Assembly (NCBI RefSeq): GCF_006345805.1
Contig: NC_042998.1
Location: 157,728,001-157,792,000 of the forward strand
Origin: Octopus sinensis
Taxonomy: Eukaryota
Reading direction: 5' to 3'
Length of the DNA: 64,000 nt
A model generated the notes under the pieces. It searched no databases. It worked only from the letters and a program-made list of their open reading frames with translations, and was not told the DNA's origin. Positions 37,991 through 54,282 of this stretch are shown here, in pieces. Both the position numbers and the translations under genes were made by a program. How positions within the stretch are numbered: position 1 is the stretch's first letter; every line of letters begins with the position of its first letter.

Positions 37991-38533
37991 AAAAATATCA
38001 GAGAATTCCCAAACATCAAAAGGGGTAGATACAAAAGAGGTTGTAAGATTAACTGCATTGAAGAAAGTTCGATTCATGGAGATCCGATGAAAGGTTTTAA
38101 ACCTATAGAATTTATGCATGTCTACATATAGCTCATATTGAATATTTGATCAAGTTGTATGAAGAAATTTTCGGATACAGTCATGCAAAATTTCTGAAAA
38201 TCCGAGTAAGAGGCAAAGTGACTGCCATATTATGTAGAGGAAAGTCTGAGTAAAAGCATAGAGCCATCTGTATTCACTGCATTTTTTGTAGCTTATTAAA
38301 GATGTCCTCGTACGAAACGATCGTACCGAGATTTTAATCCATTCTTGTTGCTTTTTTCCTATTTGTAATCACCCCACTTGTCGTATGGTTAACACCATAT
38401 AGATTTCCGGTGCATCCTAGTTAAGGACCATATTCATGTGAATTCTTTAGAATTCACTAGAATCTCAATTACTTAACCGAATATATCCCCATATAATCTG
38501 TATGTTTTTCCGGTCCTTAACTTTTCAGCAAGA

Positions 38534-41690
<3,157 letters not shown>

Positions 41691-42559
41691 TCTGTATGTC
41701 TGTCTGTCCATTTATCCATCCATTCATTCAGCTATCCAGCCATTTCTCTCTCTCGCCTTCTCTCTGTATATATGTGGGTGAGCATGTGCGTGTAATTTTT
41801 ATTTACAAACGAAAGAATATTAATAAATGCATGTTGTAATGGAATTTAGTATTTACATGTAGTATAAATCAGATGCACCTCAGCACAAGTCGGAGGTTCA
41901 CTTTAGGGTGGTTGCACACACTCAGGTAACACTCGATGAATAAAGTGGTATATTGACCAACCAAACAGATATACGACCGATCAAACAGATTTTCGTTGGT
42001 TAAGACCAGTGAAGTACTGAGATACGTAACAACTAGCGATAAATTGCTTGTTTCCAAGACAGGAGTAGTGAGGGAGAACATCCTGAATAACAGTGCGGTC
42101 GTCAAAAGCTGCTACAATCGCCAACCTATTGCAGATTTTCGACGGTGGGTTAGCTGTCCATAGGTTGAATATTAACATTGGTTATTATGATATCTGGAAT
42201 TTCTCTGGCATAGTTTACTGGTTTGGGCTAGGTCATGGAGTGGTTTTGTTGCTCAATGTTATTAGGGTACGTTTGACTTTGAAGTCCATGAGTTTCCGAG
42301 TGATTTAAAACTGACTAGTGGAGGGTTGCATGTTCCTCAATCTAAATGTGTATAAAAGCTGATATTTTGTTAAAATTCGTATAATTTGTTTCAATAGAGC
42401 TCCACAGACGCTGGAAGTTTGAGAGATTCTGCAATTATGAGATAGGGTTTCATTTGGACAAGGGATAGGAAATCGTCAGGAAACTCAAAAAGAGTGGATA
42501 AAAACGTATCTCAAGAACATTGAACATAGTCTGTAACTGTAGGCTATGCCTAACTGACA

Positions 42560-42880
42560 AATATCAAATATAAAAATAAGCAGCAAGTGATTTTCCTTCC
42601 CTGAACAATTATCATACTCATGGAAATCTATCACCAGTTGACACAACAGGTGCCAGAGCATAACAATCTTTCTCAACTACTGGTAACGTAGCTATCTCTG
42701 GTTTGCTAAATATTGCATCAACTGATCATCCTTCACTAGTGAGACCCGCCTCAGCCAGTCCTCAGCTAATCTACAGCTCCATTGAACAAGTAATGCCGGA
42801 ACGAATGCATGTGCACTACGTATCAGCTGAGTCATCAACTGACCAACTAATTCCAATATATCTTTGTAAATAGTGATGCA
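42560..42880 (-). mobile_element. Possible very old Ty3/gypsy RNase H relic
   Basis: Minus frame LPVVEKDCYALA..RF weakly resembles the Y...EKE.LA RNase H motif; weak. Confidence 0.25.
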
Positions 42881-45800
42881 CACAAATACGCAGAGATATG
42901 AGAGATAAACAGATAGATAGATAGAGAGAGAGATTAAGAGATTATCACCGGATTTATAAAATATTTGTAATCTAGGGAAGGCATTTAACTATTCGCGATC
43001 AACTGTAGCAAGACCACAAATAACACCAAAATTTGTAATTTAAATTCTCATATGGAAAACGTGGTACCTCACATATAGTAGCACCGAACCAAAGAAAATG
43101 CTTACCTCCTATTTATGTAACACAAGGAAAACAGACAAAACCCCTGGAGATATAAGATGTGACTCTGAAAAACAAAACTGCTATTATGATTATTGATAGG
43201 GTTACTGTTGGTAGTGATAGCCATTTGTACACAACAGTTTAGATATGAAGCGTTAACTAAATGAAGATATATTACTTTAATATCTTCCTCGACGTCATCG
43301 GCTGCGTATGTTATATGTAATTTGTATAATTAAAAATTAAATGACTATTTACATATTTAAATATGAAAGGAAGCAATGCTTTCTAAGTGATAAGATAGGA
43401 AAAACATCGAGGAGGAAAACACTGTGTATGTGTGTGTACAAACGGTTTAAGTCTTTCAAACTTCACGTCATTCTCTCTAATAATTTCTTTAGAATGTTTC
43501 ACAAATCAATCAATGTAAGCTGTCTGGCAATGATCTTTGAAAATAATAATTTAAAGCCTGATAGTTTAGATTAATTAGTTTCCGTTATAGCATCACCATT
43601 CTTTAAAATATTGCAAACAAAATTACTTCAGTTTCGTCAGTTTAATCTTGAAAATTAATATTTAAAATGCTTCGTCTAGCTTAATATCCTAAGCCCACTG
43701 TCTATCGTTAGTGAGCTTAATTATTGTATTTCGGATATTGGAGAAACATTTAAATAGAGCAGTTTAGAAAGCATTTAAATAGAGAAAAGCCTATAGAAAA
43801 GTGTACATTCGAGACACGTATAGATTTTTATCGCCTGTCAACTCTTTCTATTGATTCCCTTTGAATTACTTGAGTTTGGAATTTTTTAAAAATCTTATAT
43901 GTAGTTGATTGCTGCGTAAAAATCGATGCCATACTTCTTAAAGTTTAGTTTTGTTTATGATGAAACTTTCCTCGTATGACTTGCATAAGTCTTAATGAAT
44001 ATTGTTCGAATATCATTATTGGCTCTATGTTTTGCTAGTTCCTAGTAAAAACTAATAATACATCAATGATACACTCAACGTTAATTTGTACCTGAGCGTG
44101 CAAAAATTACTGCGTACTGTGGAGACACAACTGGATTGTTTTTAATTATGCGAAACATTGCGGATCTCAAGTGATTTGGAATAAGTTTGGGCAGTGTCAT
44201 GCAATTGTTATATCCCTAGAAAAATAGGTTATGGATATTTGCTTCAAGTGAGAATCAAAAAACATCCTTGTGACTCAGTTTGTCCTGACACTTTTCTAAG
44301 CCTTCTAAACTCCATGAGGAGCGGGATCCATTAGAATTACTTGCAATGAACATACCGATTTATGTGATATCTTTTTACTTTTGCTGTTTATATTGTTAAA
44401 TTTTATTTGAAGTTATGTTCTTGAGAAAGATTTGAAAGTAGATAATATCATCGGGTATCGTACATATGTACTATGTACATTTGCAATCATCACACAAATA
44501 AACTAAAAGATTTTAAATTATGCTGCTGTATTAATGGAATTTTGCTATATTTAAGAATAAAGGTTCATATTTTTATACTTGATCCTTTAAATTGTATCGT
44601 TATATGATAAGAGTAGCTGGTATCATTTTGACATTATTATTTCGTTAAAATCTTTGTTTCTGATATTTGCGATATATACAAATGTAGGAACATATATTTA
44701 TGATAGTAGATTAGAAATATAATTGAAGAGACAGCGGCAATAACTTCATAATTATTAAGTGCTACAATCTTAATAGAGTCAGAAGTAATAATGTTGCGTT
44801 TCATTACTGCTGTTAGCATCAAAACATTTGTCAAAATGAAACTGAACTGTCATTAGGAAGTTAATAAGAAGTGGGTTGGAATAGATTTCATGGCTGTAAT
44901 CTTTCGTAAATCTTGCATGAGTTTTCGGATAAATACTACAGCATAGAATTAAGCAAGTTTCTACATATTCTTGTGTTTTTTAGTTTTAACAGTTTAACTC
45001 TGTTAGCTCCTAGGTTCTTATATTTTGCAGATGATATAATAAAGCAAGTGAGATATGATTTTATTTAGCAATTCTCGAGAAGCAAAATAGTATGAAATAT
45101 TTTATGTCATTGTCGTTGCGCTCTGCCAGGTAACCGATGAACAAGTATAGTAACTACGTTATAATCATTGCTACCATATCTTGTATTTATGTCTTGAATC
45201 TGTAGCACAATAGTATCCAATTTCGGTAAGAAACTATGGCACGATTGTCATGAAATTTGCTTTAAATATCGATTCAAAGAGATACTTACAAATGGTTGCT
45301 CGACCAGCTACAGTGGCCAAAGAGAAGATCCTCTACGGGGTTTCGTGCGGGCTTGAGAGATGTGGCAGTAATGGAATGTAAATTGTGACGGGAGGAAAAG
45401 ACAGAGGAAAAGAGTTTGAGAAGTAGATAAATAATTAGCCATTTCAGTAAGGACTAGAAGCCACTGTGGTTGACTCAGGTGAGGAGGCAGTTTACCTGGA
45501 AGTTTGTAGTTACAAAAGGGATGCTGGGTTAGACATTGTCAGTTTGTAAACCATTTTAGACTGTGTAAGAGCCCAATAAGTGAATTCGTGCTATAAGGAG
45601 CATTAATAACGTGATTATTGAGATCTTCGCGCAGTGTCTAAGAATCCACTATCTGAAGTAATGCTGTGAGCATGTTAACTATGAATATTTGTCCATTTCA
45701 ATGTCTTTGAAATTATCTTAGTTAAGGTAATTTCAAAATCATCGATATCATCAGTCACTGAGTTTTGGCTAAGATGAGTTAAGAACTAAGCATAATTATA

Positions 45801-46029
45801 ACTAGAAATTGCATATGTTGGGATCAGTGTATCTAACGATTACATTTTTGTCTTTCAAGGGCGCTAGATTGCCAGAAACAGTTGATCGCCTAATCAAATA
45901 TAGCGTAGTAGTTAGTTAAGCATCTATTATTTTGATCTTATTTTTTCTATAGTCGGCTCTAAACTTCTTTCACTGGGAATTGAAAAAGTAAGCAACGTTT
46001 TGAAACAGGAAATTCATCATAATATATTT

Positions 46030-46470
46030 CAACAATGCGGAAATTTTATTCATCAGAGTAAGTATCACCACATTTTTGCCAACGAGTTACAGATTTGTTT
46101 AATCCGTTGACATAAAAATGTCCTCGAGCTGATGAACTCTGAACTTGCTTTCAGCATCAGCTTGATTTTTGAACTCCTCTCGCAGGAAACCGTCAAGTGG
46201 GTAGGAGAAAGGTCTGGAGAATAAGCTGGGTGAGGAAGTAATTCGTAGCCAAGTTCTCTCAACTTCTGGAGCGTCATTAGTGAAAAGTGTAGTCGAGCAT
46301 TGTCACCATCAAGAATGATTGGCCCTCTTTTGTTCACCAGTCTTGGATGGAGGAGTAGCAGTTTTTCGATCCTTTTGTCAATTTCATAGCAATATGTTCC
46401 TGCAGTAATGGTTTTCCGGGTTTTAAGAAGTCCGGCAGTACACCATAATTGGTTTGCCAACGGCTTTTCT
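46030..46470 (-). mobile_element. 3' fragment of a mariner transposase
   Basis: KTITAGTYC, NKRGPIILDGDNARLH, LGYELLPHPAYSPDLSPT. Confidence 0.85.
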
Positions 46471-46732
46471 TCTTTCTTTCTTTTTTTTTTTTGGGGGGGG
46501 GCCTCTCAGCAGTGGTCTCACGATGTTCCTCATGAGAAGTGTGTGAGGTCGGCCATGTCTCAATCTCGTGTGTGCTGGTACATTCATAGCGCTGCTTCTA
46601 AGTTAGTATTATACGAGCAGCTTCCTTTTTTCCCTTCTTTTTCTCTTCTCTTCTCTTTTTTGTTATAAATTACAGATGAGCATATTACCAAAAACTGAAC
46701 CTACACGCATCCAGATGTATCTAAGTAATGTA

Positions 46733-46960
46733 TTAAGTACCAACCTCCAGCCTGTTGTTAATTTGGGGCCCTAGTCTGTGTATGAGTATAGCTTCCTTAA
46801 TTCTTAAATTTCACAAATTTCTTTCATTGGCCTTAATTGTGACTGCTATGCTTTTGTCGGTGTTCCGGCATCTCTCTAGTATTTAAATTCTGATTATACT
46901 CCGTTGCCCATACAAGTATATATTGTTTCTTTCATGACCAACTACTTAAATCACAAATAT
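46733..46960 (-). mobile_element. GIY-YIG endonuclease relic (probably Penelope-type)
   Basis: Minus frame IYLYGQR...ANERNL*NLRIKEAILIHRLGPQINNR resembles the R.I.EA..I....P.LN C-terminal motif. Confidence 0.5.
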
Positions 46961-47034
46961 GCAAGTGAAGCTAGCCACCATAGGGATAATGTAACTGACT
47001 ACTGTATGAAGTGCATTCTAGAAGTATTATCCTG

Positions 47035-47197
47035 ACGTGGTAAGGGAAGTTTAATTTTGCGTTCTGTGTTGAATTACCGACGAGGTCGACTTTGCTTGTC
47101 ACCCTTTCGAGGGCAATAAAATAAGTACCAGTTGAACATTCGGGTCGATGTAATCGATTTTCCCTCTTTCGAAATTACTTTGTACCAAAATTTGAAA
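47035..47197 (+). mobile_element. SINE family A (5'-decayed) with (ATT)n tail
   Basis: GAGGTCGACTTTGC..ATAAAATAAGTACCAG..CCAAAATTTGAAAC followed by (ATT)n 47198-47295. Confidence 0.8.
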
Positions 47198-47295
47198 CTA
47201 TTATTATTATTATTATTATTAATGATTATCATTATTATTATTATTGTTATTATTATTATTATTATTATTACTATTATTATTATTATTATTATTAC

Positions 47296-50200
47296 TTTTT
47301 TTTTTCTTCTTTCAAATTTGCTTCCATTTCTTGCCGAGTGTCTTCCCGACTCCTAGGGCAAAGAAACTCATAGCATACATTGGTAGGCCATTAAACCAAA
47401 CTCACTAGTTCGTTCATTTTTTTTTTTTTTAAAGTTAAATTAAAATACATGAGCAGCAACAGTTCTCACATCGACAATGCTCTTCTCAATACGTGTGATG
47501 TACCAGTTAAGACAATCTTTTGCACTTCTTGCAGGGATGGTAAGCCAGGGATCATTCTCATATAATTTTCGGTTCCCTTCTTGATCATTCCTAGTGCTCC
47601 TACGATCACTGGTATTGTAACCGCCTTGAGATGCCACATTTTCTCAATTTCAATGAGTAGGTCTTTATATTTTCTGAGCTTGTCAAACTCTTTCGCTGAG
47701 ATATTATGATCACAGGGAATGCTCATGTCGATCAATAAGCAAACTTTATTGTTTTGGTCTTTCACAACAATATCTGGTTTATTGGCCTTGATGGTTCGGT
47801 CAGTATGTACTGGAAAGTCCCACAGAATGGTTACATTTTCTCCTTCAGTTACAGCCTCAGGGTGGTGATTATACCCCTTGTCGGCAGTTTTGATATTGTA
47901 ATGCCGACTTATTAGCCAGTGGAGATATTGGCCAACTCTGTCATGTCTTAATTTATACTCCACTGGTGCTAAGACTTTACATCCAGAGATTAGGTGGTCC
48001 ACTGTTTCAATCATGTTGCAGAATCGGCATTTTGGGTCTGCTCCATTTTTCATCACATTGGCCTGGTAGTTCCGGGTTAATAGGCTTTGATCTTGAGCAG
48101 CCAGGATGAAACCTTCGCTCTCTGCTTTTAGCCCTGAGCTCCGTAGCCACTGATGGGTTTGCTTCTGGTCAACATCAGCTTGTTTGCTGCGGGTCACATA
48201 TTTGCCGTGCAGAGGTTTCTCCTCCCACCTATCAGCCAATTGCTCGTGCGCTTTTTTCATTGCCATCATTTTCACCTTCTTTGCAACAATAGTTGCCGTA
48301 CTTCCCTCGGGTTGTTCAGTTTGGGTATCCTGCACGAGATCAATAGCAAATTGTTTGCTTTCCTTTATGATAGAATGAAGCTTCTTTCGTCTCTCGTGAT
48401 TTTCCACGAGCTTTATCATCCAGTCATTCGATATTTCGAGATATTTGGCCAGTCCAATTGTGGTTGTTTTGTAAGCTAGTTCAAATTGGATCAGGCCTCG
48501 ACCTCCTTGGGCTCTGGGAAGGTAAAGGCGATCTACGTCTGCCTTTGTGGTGGTGCATCCTATTAACTCAGCAGCTTGCGTATTTTCCTATCTATATTCT
48601 TTACTTCACTCATATTCCAGTTCAACAATTGTAGCTATAAGTAACAACTGGAACTGCTAAGGAATTTATAGCTAACACCTTGTTACGTGCATTTAGTTCA
48701 GATTTCAGGACTGCACGAACTCTCCTATAACATTCCTTCCTGATTTTCTCTTTCATGCTTGCATGCTGAATACCAGAGCCTTCATTTCCCTAAATATTTG
48801 TATGTTTGTTCTTGCTCAAGCTCTCTTATGACTGTGTCAACATCTAACACGACTGAATTTGTGGTCTTCACTTTCCCTTTCTGGAAAGTGGCCTTGGCAC
48901 ACTTCTCAAGTCCAAACTCCATCCCGATGTCATCGCTGAATGCTTTCACGGTGCGCAATAGGCCTTCAAGTTCATTATTGTCTTTACCATAAAGTTTTAA
49001 GTCATCCATATAAAATACCCTGTTCTGTTTAATTCACTTGTAAGGGGTATTAGGGCTATGCAGAATATTAAAGGTGAAAGTGAGTCACCTTGAAAAATTC
49101 CACAGTTGATGTTTATATTTTCTGAGGCAAGTACTCCATTAGAGTGGTATAATTGGAGATTCGTATTCCACAACGACATATTGTGCTTCAGGAAGTTTGA
49201 AATCACAGGGGAAATTTTGAAGATGTCCAGCGATCTCAAGATCCATGGATGCGGTATACTGTCGAAGGCCTTTTTGTAATCAATCCATGCGGTGCTGAGA
49301 TTTCTGCGCTTGTTGTGACAGTTCTCAAGGATCATACGATTGATTAGCAGTTGATCTTTGCATCCGTAAGAGCCTCGGCGGCACCCTTTTTGTTCATTGG
49401 GGAAAATATCGTTCTTCTCCATGAATGCATATGTTTTCTCCGCCAGGATAGATGTTAGGATTTTATACGTGGTGGATAGACAGGTTATAGGCCGATAGCT
49501 TTTTGGAAGGTTGGTTTCGTTATTTTTTGGGAGTAGGTAAGTAATGCCACTTGCTAACCATTCAGGTGTTTTCTTTGGGTCTCTCATAATTCCATTAAGC
49601 AGCTGAACTAGCTTACCGTGTGCGCATGGGAGCGATGCGAGCCAGAAATTCGGCATCCTATCTTTACCGGGGGATTTCCAATTATGGGCCTTCGTGAGTG
49701 CCTTTCTTAGGTCTGCTATTGTGATGTCTTCCCATGCTTGTTGTAAATTTTGGTAGGATCCCTCAGTTTGTATAACCTAGTCTGCATTTATGTTGTACGT
49801 CTTCTTGTCACTCCAAATCCTTTTCCAAAAGTTTTGAACTTCTTCCATGAGAGGGGGGTCTTTAACGGTTACTTTCTCCTTCCCTATTTCTCTGTAGAAT
49901 TTTTTGGCATTGGATGTGAACAGCTTATTTTGCTTGTAAAACTTGTTTCTCTTCTCAAATCTTCGTATTCTTTGGGCTTTTGCTTGGGCTTTTTGTTTCA
50001 GCGTTTCTTTTATTGATATCAGTTCTTCTCTTGGTGAGGATCAAATTTTCTCTTCATCTTTCTTCCTGTTCTGGATCTTACATCATTTCTACATATTAGT
50101 TCATTTAATATTGATATTTCCCCTCTCATAAATTCAATCTCTTTCAATTTTACTTCTCCAGATTTGATTTCTTCCCAGGTTTGGTTTTCTTTGTTTTTTC

Positions 50201-51080
50201 GGGGGCATACAGCTGGTTTCAATTGCCCTAGCAGAAGCGTAAATAATTTCATTTAACTCAGTAAAATCAGGTTTTAATTCTCGTATTATTTCATTTGTTA
50301 CATAGTTGCCAATTTGGATTTGTTTTTTATTTTGGTTTGTATTTAAGAGTGTATGAAGTGGTTCTCTATCATTCATATTTGTATGTCTTACAACTTCAAG
50401 CGTATTCAGGATTTTCTGCCTCATTTCTGCCATAGACTCTCTGTGTTCTTCAGCAAATGCGAGATCTTCAGTTACTGTTGTTTTTTCGTTTTCCTGGCTA
50501 TCTTTAACAGGTACAATATAATTTCTTGTATCTTCAGGCCTTTGCGTACTTTGGTCAGATGGCAGTCTTTCAATTAAGCCTCGTGGCGGGCTATACTGTT
50601 CATCTGATTCTTCATTTCCTTTGTGTCGTATATTTATGTCATTTTCCGTTGCGTGCTTGATCGCGCTTATTTCACTGTCTGTGAGTCTGTTATTTCTAAG
50701 GATATCCCTCCTCACATTTGCTAATTTGTTCTCGTCCAAATAGGGCCTACTGTCTTGATTCCGTGTTCTCCATATACTGTAAGAGTTTGCGGTGTGTCTC
50801 TCTTGAGATGGCCTACCTAATGCATAGTAATAAGCATATATTACTTCTTTATACTCTTCTCGGGTCCATTTGTTTCGCTTACATTTTTCTTTCTGTGGTG
50901 GTTGTGGTGGTGAACTTGGAGGGCTCGAGTTGGGGGATTCCCCGTTCAAGTGACCATCCATGTCCGTATTCGGAGAAGAGTTTGTGCCAGTTGATGACTT
51001 TTCGATCCCAGGCTGGCTCTTCCCTGGGGGACGCGCTTCCAGATTAACCATAGGACAAGCGATTTGGTATACTGATTTAG

Positions 51081-51084
<4 letters not shown>
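47296..51084 (-). mobile_element. Near full-length R4/Dong-clade non-LTR retrotransposon (RT + restriction-like endonuclease)
   Basis: (ATT)n on both sides; short 5' UTR, single decayed ORF, ~170-nt 3' UTR with T-rich (sense A-rich) end. Confidence 0.92.
47466..51051 (-). pseudogene. R4/Dong polyprotein pseudogene
   Basis: KWTREE N-terminus; YRPITCL, QKG, DYKKAFDS, GIFQGDSLSP, YMDDLKLY; CRFC..ETVDHLISGC, RHD, PDIV..LLID..K..KY; several frameshifts and a small deletion near 49010. Confidence 0.92.
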
Positions 51085-51150
<66 letters not shown>

Positions 51151-51570
51151 GTTTGCTCTTTTTCTATGTAGTTTTATATTCTGACATTCACTGTCGGTTG
51201 GCTTCACTATATTCTAACATATCAGATGTAGTTTATCCAGTACAACTAGATGATCGAATTGTTTGACTGTAAGGTTAAAAAGGTATACTGTTTTTTTTTC
51301 ATATTGATGTGTTCAACTTTCACTCTTTCCGTTTATTTATTTCATATAGACGTTGGTCATAGCCCAAAGGAATTTATAATTATTTACAGATTATTCTCGG
51401 CAGATAGACATTTCGATTAGACAAATTAAGATTTAACTTATGGAGTTCATGTATGTTTAATTACCATACACACTAACACTCGCACATATATTTGTGTGTG
51501 AATGTGTGCGTGCGTGTGTGTGTATGTATGTTTGTATGTATGTATGTATGTATGTATGTATGTATGTATG

Positions 51571-51626
<56 letters not shown>

Positions 51627-53199
51627 CATATCTATATATGAGTAAATATTTGTATATATTCATGGGTGTACACATATATGAGCGTGCCTGTGTCTTATTC
51701 GTGAGAATATTATGAAAACGACTTGCATATGAACATGATGTTAATCGCTTGTCCAATTAACAATCGGCAGCTGTGCGTGGGTGTAAGTCTGAAGTGAAAT
51801 TTATATGTAGATAAAGTATGTAGCGTCAGTCATTATAATAGATATATATTCAATATTGTTGTGATTCTCTCCAATTAATAACTTTTCTTATATGTCTCGT
51901 CTTCAATATATTTCTCTGTACTTATATTTCATCATTGCATTTAAATGTCTCTTTAATGCTTGTAATTTTTAATTTCTACGTATATAATATATACAAGCGC
52001 CCACTCTCTCTCTCCTCTAACACAACACACTAACAAAGACATATACGTACATACACGTACGCATATACACATATATACAAACACACACACACAAAGATAC
52101 ATGCATGCACATGCACACTATTAAATGGAAGCCCCCAAAAAATGCGTTCATGTCGTCTTCATGATCTGTTTGAAATAACACCCAAATCTAATTCTAATTT
52201 CAGCCCACACTTAAAATATGGATGAATGTACGTCTTCCTTACAATACTTGATATAGGGTTACGCAACACCACTACTGATCATCTTATTCTCTCTTTTTCT
52301 GTTTCTTTGTCTCACTAATTAATCATTCTATCTATACATTTTCTTTTCTATGTATCATTTAGACGATATATAATCATAACTTCATTCCATCATATCTCTC
52401 TCTCTCTGCAGTCTCATTTTCTTACTCATACACAAGAAGTACACGCGCACAGGCATACACAAACATACGTGTATAAGCTTTCCCAATATCATTGACTCAT
52501 TTTTTTCTCCCTACATTACTAGTATTGCTGCAAGTAAATGCCCTTTCATCGTCATTTGTGTTTCGAATGTTTTCGTATAATATATGTGTAGATCAATAAA
52601 CTTACATGATGAACAGAGAAATAATTCAGAGTTTGTTTATGCCAGCATGTATACTCATGTAAGCACCGAAATAAGCAATTCACTGTCCAAGTAGAGTTGT
52701 TCTAGATTTTTACAGGTAAAAAAATAAACTTGATTATATTTAAAATTAATTGGTCCACGTTAGAATATGGCCAAACAAACAACTATGGACATTTCACTCG
52801 AACTTGGGAAGGAAACAAAGTACTTGGTATTTACTTGAATCAATTAGACCATTATAAGCTGCAATTTCTTTTTCTACTTATTCTATTTTAGACGTTAAAC
52901 AGCGGACATCCTTACTTGATGTTTCATTAGAGAAGAAGAGACATCATCAAATGACTTTTTCAAAAGTTTTACAGGGATACGGCCGTCACCAAAGTAAAGT
53001 GAATATTTTACGGCAGTTTTCGTCAAGGAAATAGTAAAAAAAATTGTGCAGTTAATAACAATTATTATAATTTTTGTTCTTATCTAAAGTAAAAATAATT
53101 ACAAAAACTGCCCTTCAGAAAAACAGATATTTTTGGTTATTTCCCTTTTGGTACACATATTCATGCAATACTTTTCCACCGTTTCCGAGTTAAATATAA

Positions 53200-53712
53200 T
53201 CTCTATATATAAAACTGTAGTTGTGTGAGTGTCTGTCCCTTCGATTTAGATTCCTAACTACTCCTACATTTTCCGGTGCAGTTTAACCAAATTCAGGTAT
53301 CTTATAGTCGTGATTCATATCGAGCCCGTCTGAGTATTAGCGCGCGTCTACGATGAGTCTACGATTTTAAAAAATAATTTAACATAATTTTTTATTCCAT
53401 TTTAATGCATAATTTTTCGTGTGTCGATGGCGGCGGAGTTGGCATCCATGGTCACACCTGCACCTGTTTGCTTCTCCCCCTTCTTCCCTCCCTTGTGAAG
53501 CTGTGGGGAAGGGAGTGTAAGGAAATTAACGTCGTAAAGCGTTGTCAAGGAGACCAGCGTTCTTTTAGAACAACGACATCATGGCTTGAAGACACCAAAA
53601 CAGAAATGGCTAAGAAAGCCCGAATTGGCATCTATAAGGGAAGTAACTCTCTAAAAATGCTTATATAGTTATTTCCCTTACAAACCCGAGCAACGCCGGG
53701 CGATACTGCTAG
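53200..53712 (+). mobile_element. Non-autonomous Helitron
   Basis: 5' TC at 53200, subterminal hairpin CCCG-AGCAACGC-CGGG at 53685-53700, 3' CTAG at 53709-53712, inserted between A53199 and T53713 with no TSD. Confidence 0.85.
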
Positions 53713-54059
53713 TCTTATATATTTTTTCCTAGATATCTTCATAGAGTTAAGCCGTGTGTTCCACCTTATACAATCATTATTTGTACTGATATTCATGAAT
53801 GTTTTACTATAACCTATTTTAATAATCAACTACTTTATAATTATCCGAGGAATAGGATAATTACAATTTGTGAGTTTGTCATTTGTATGTATAAACATAC
53901 ATATAGATACAAATAGTTACACACACGCGCGCGCACATACACACACACAATATGTATATACACATGTGTATATATGTATCTTTTTCGCAACAATCGCAAA
54001 CCGGATGTGTCTATTTGCCTCCGATAATAGAGAGGAGTCGCCATATTCCTTTCCGTAAC

Positions 54060-54151
54060 GGCTAATTCTGATGAGCGTAAGGTTATATAATCGGATTTTT
54101 ATTTAACACTCCGTTGTATTCCTAGCACGAAACAAATTGGTAAAATCAGCC
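54060..54151 (+). ncRNA. Degenerate type I hammerhead with long helix II
   Basis: GGCTAATT-CTGATGA-G...(54 nt in all)...C-GAAAC-AAATTG-GTA-AAATCAGCC; core intact, helices I and II partly eroded; between microsatellites. Confidence 0.5.
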
Positions 54152-54186
54152 GCGATGGATATATAATACTGTACACATTTCCGATG

Positions 54187-54282
<96 letters not shown>

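Noticed and set aside
45031-45047. 17-nt candidate micro-exon (TTTTGCAG / GTGAGA)
   Set aside because: Too short and frame-shifting, with no supporting evidence
45180-45780. Possible LINE endonuclease relic on the minus strand
   Set aside because: Motifs too eroded to name
45860-45890. GGCG...GAAAC-AGTT-GAT-CGCC
   Set aside because: No CUGANGA, no helix II, no UH triplet; likely chance
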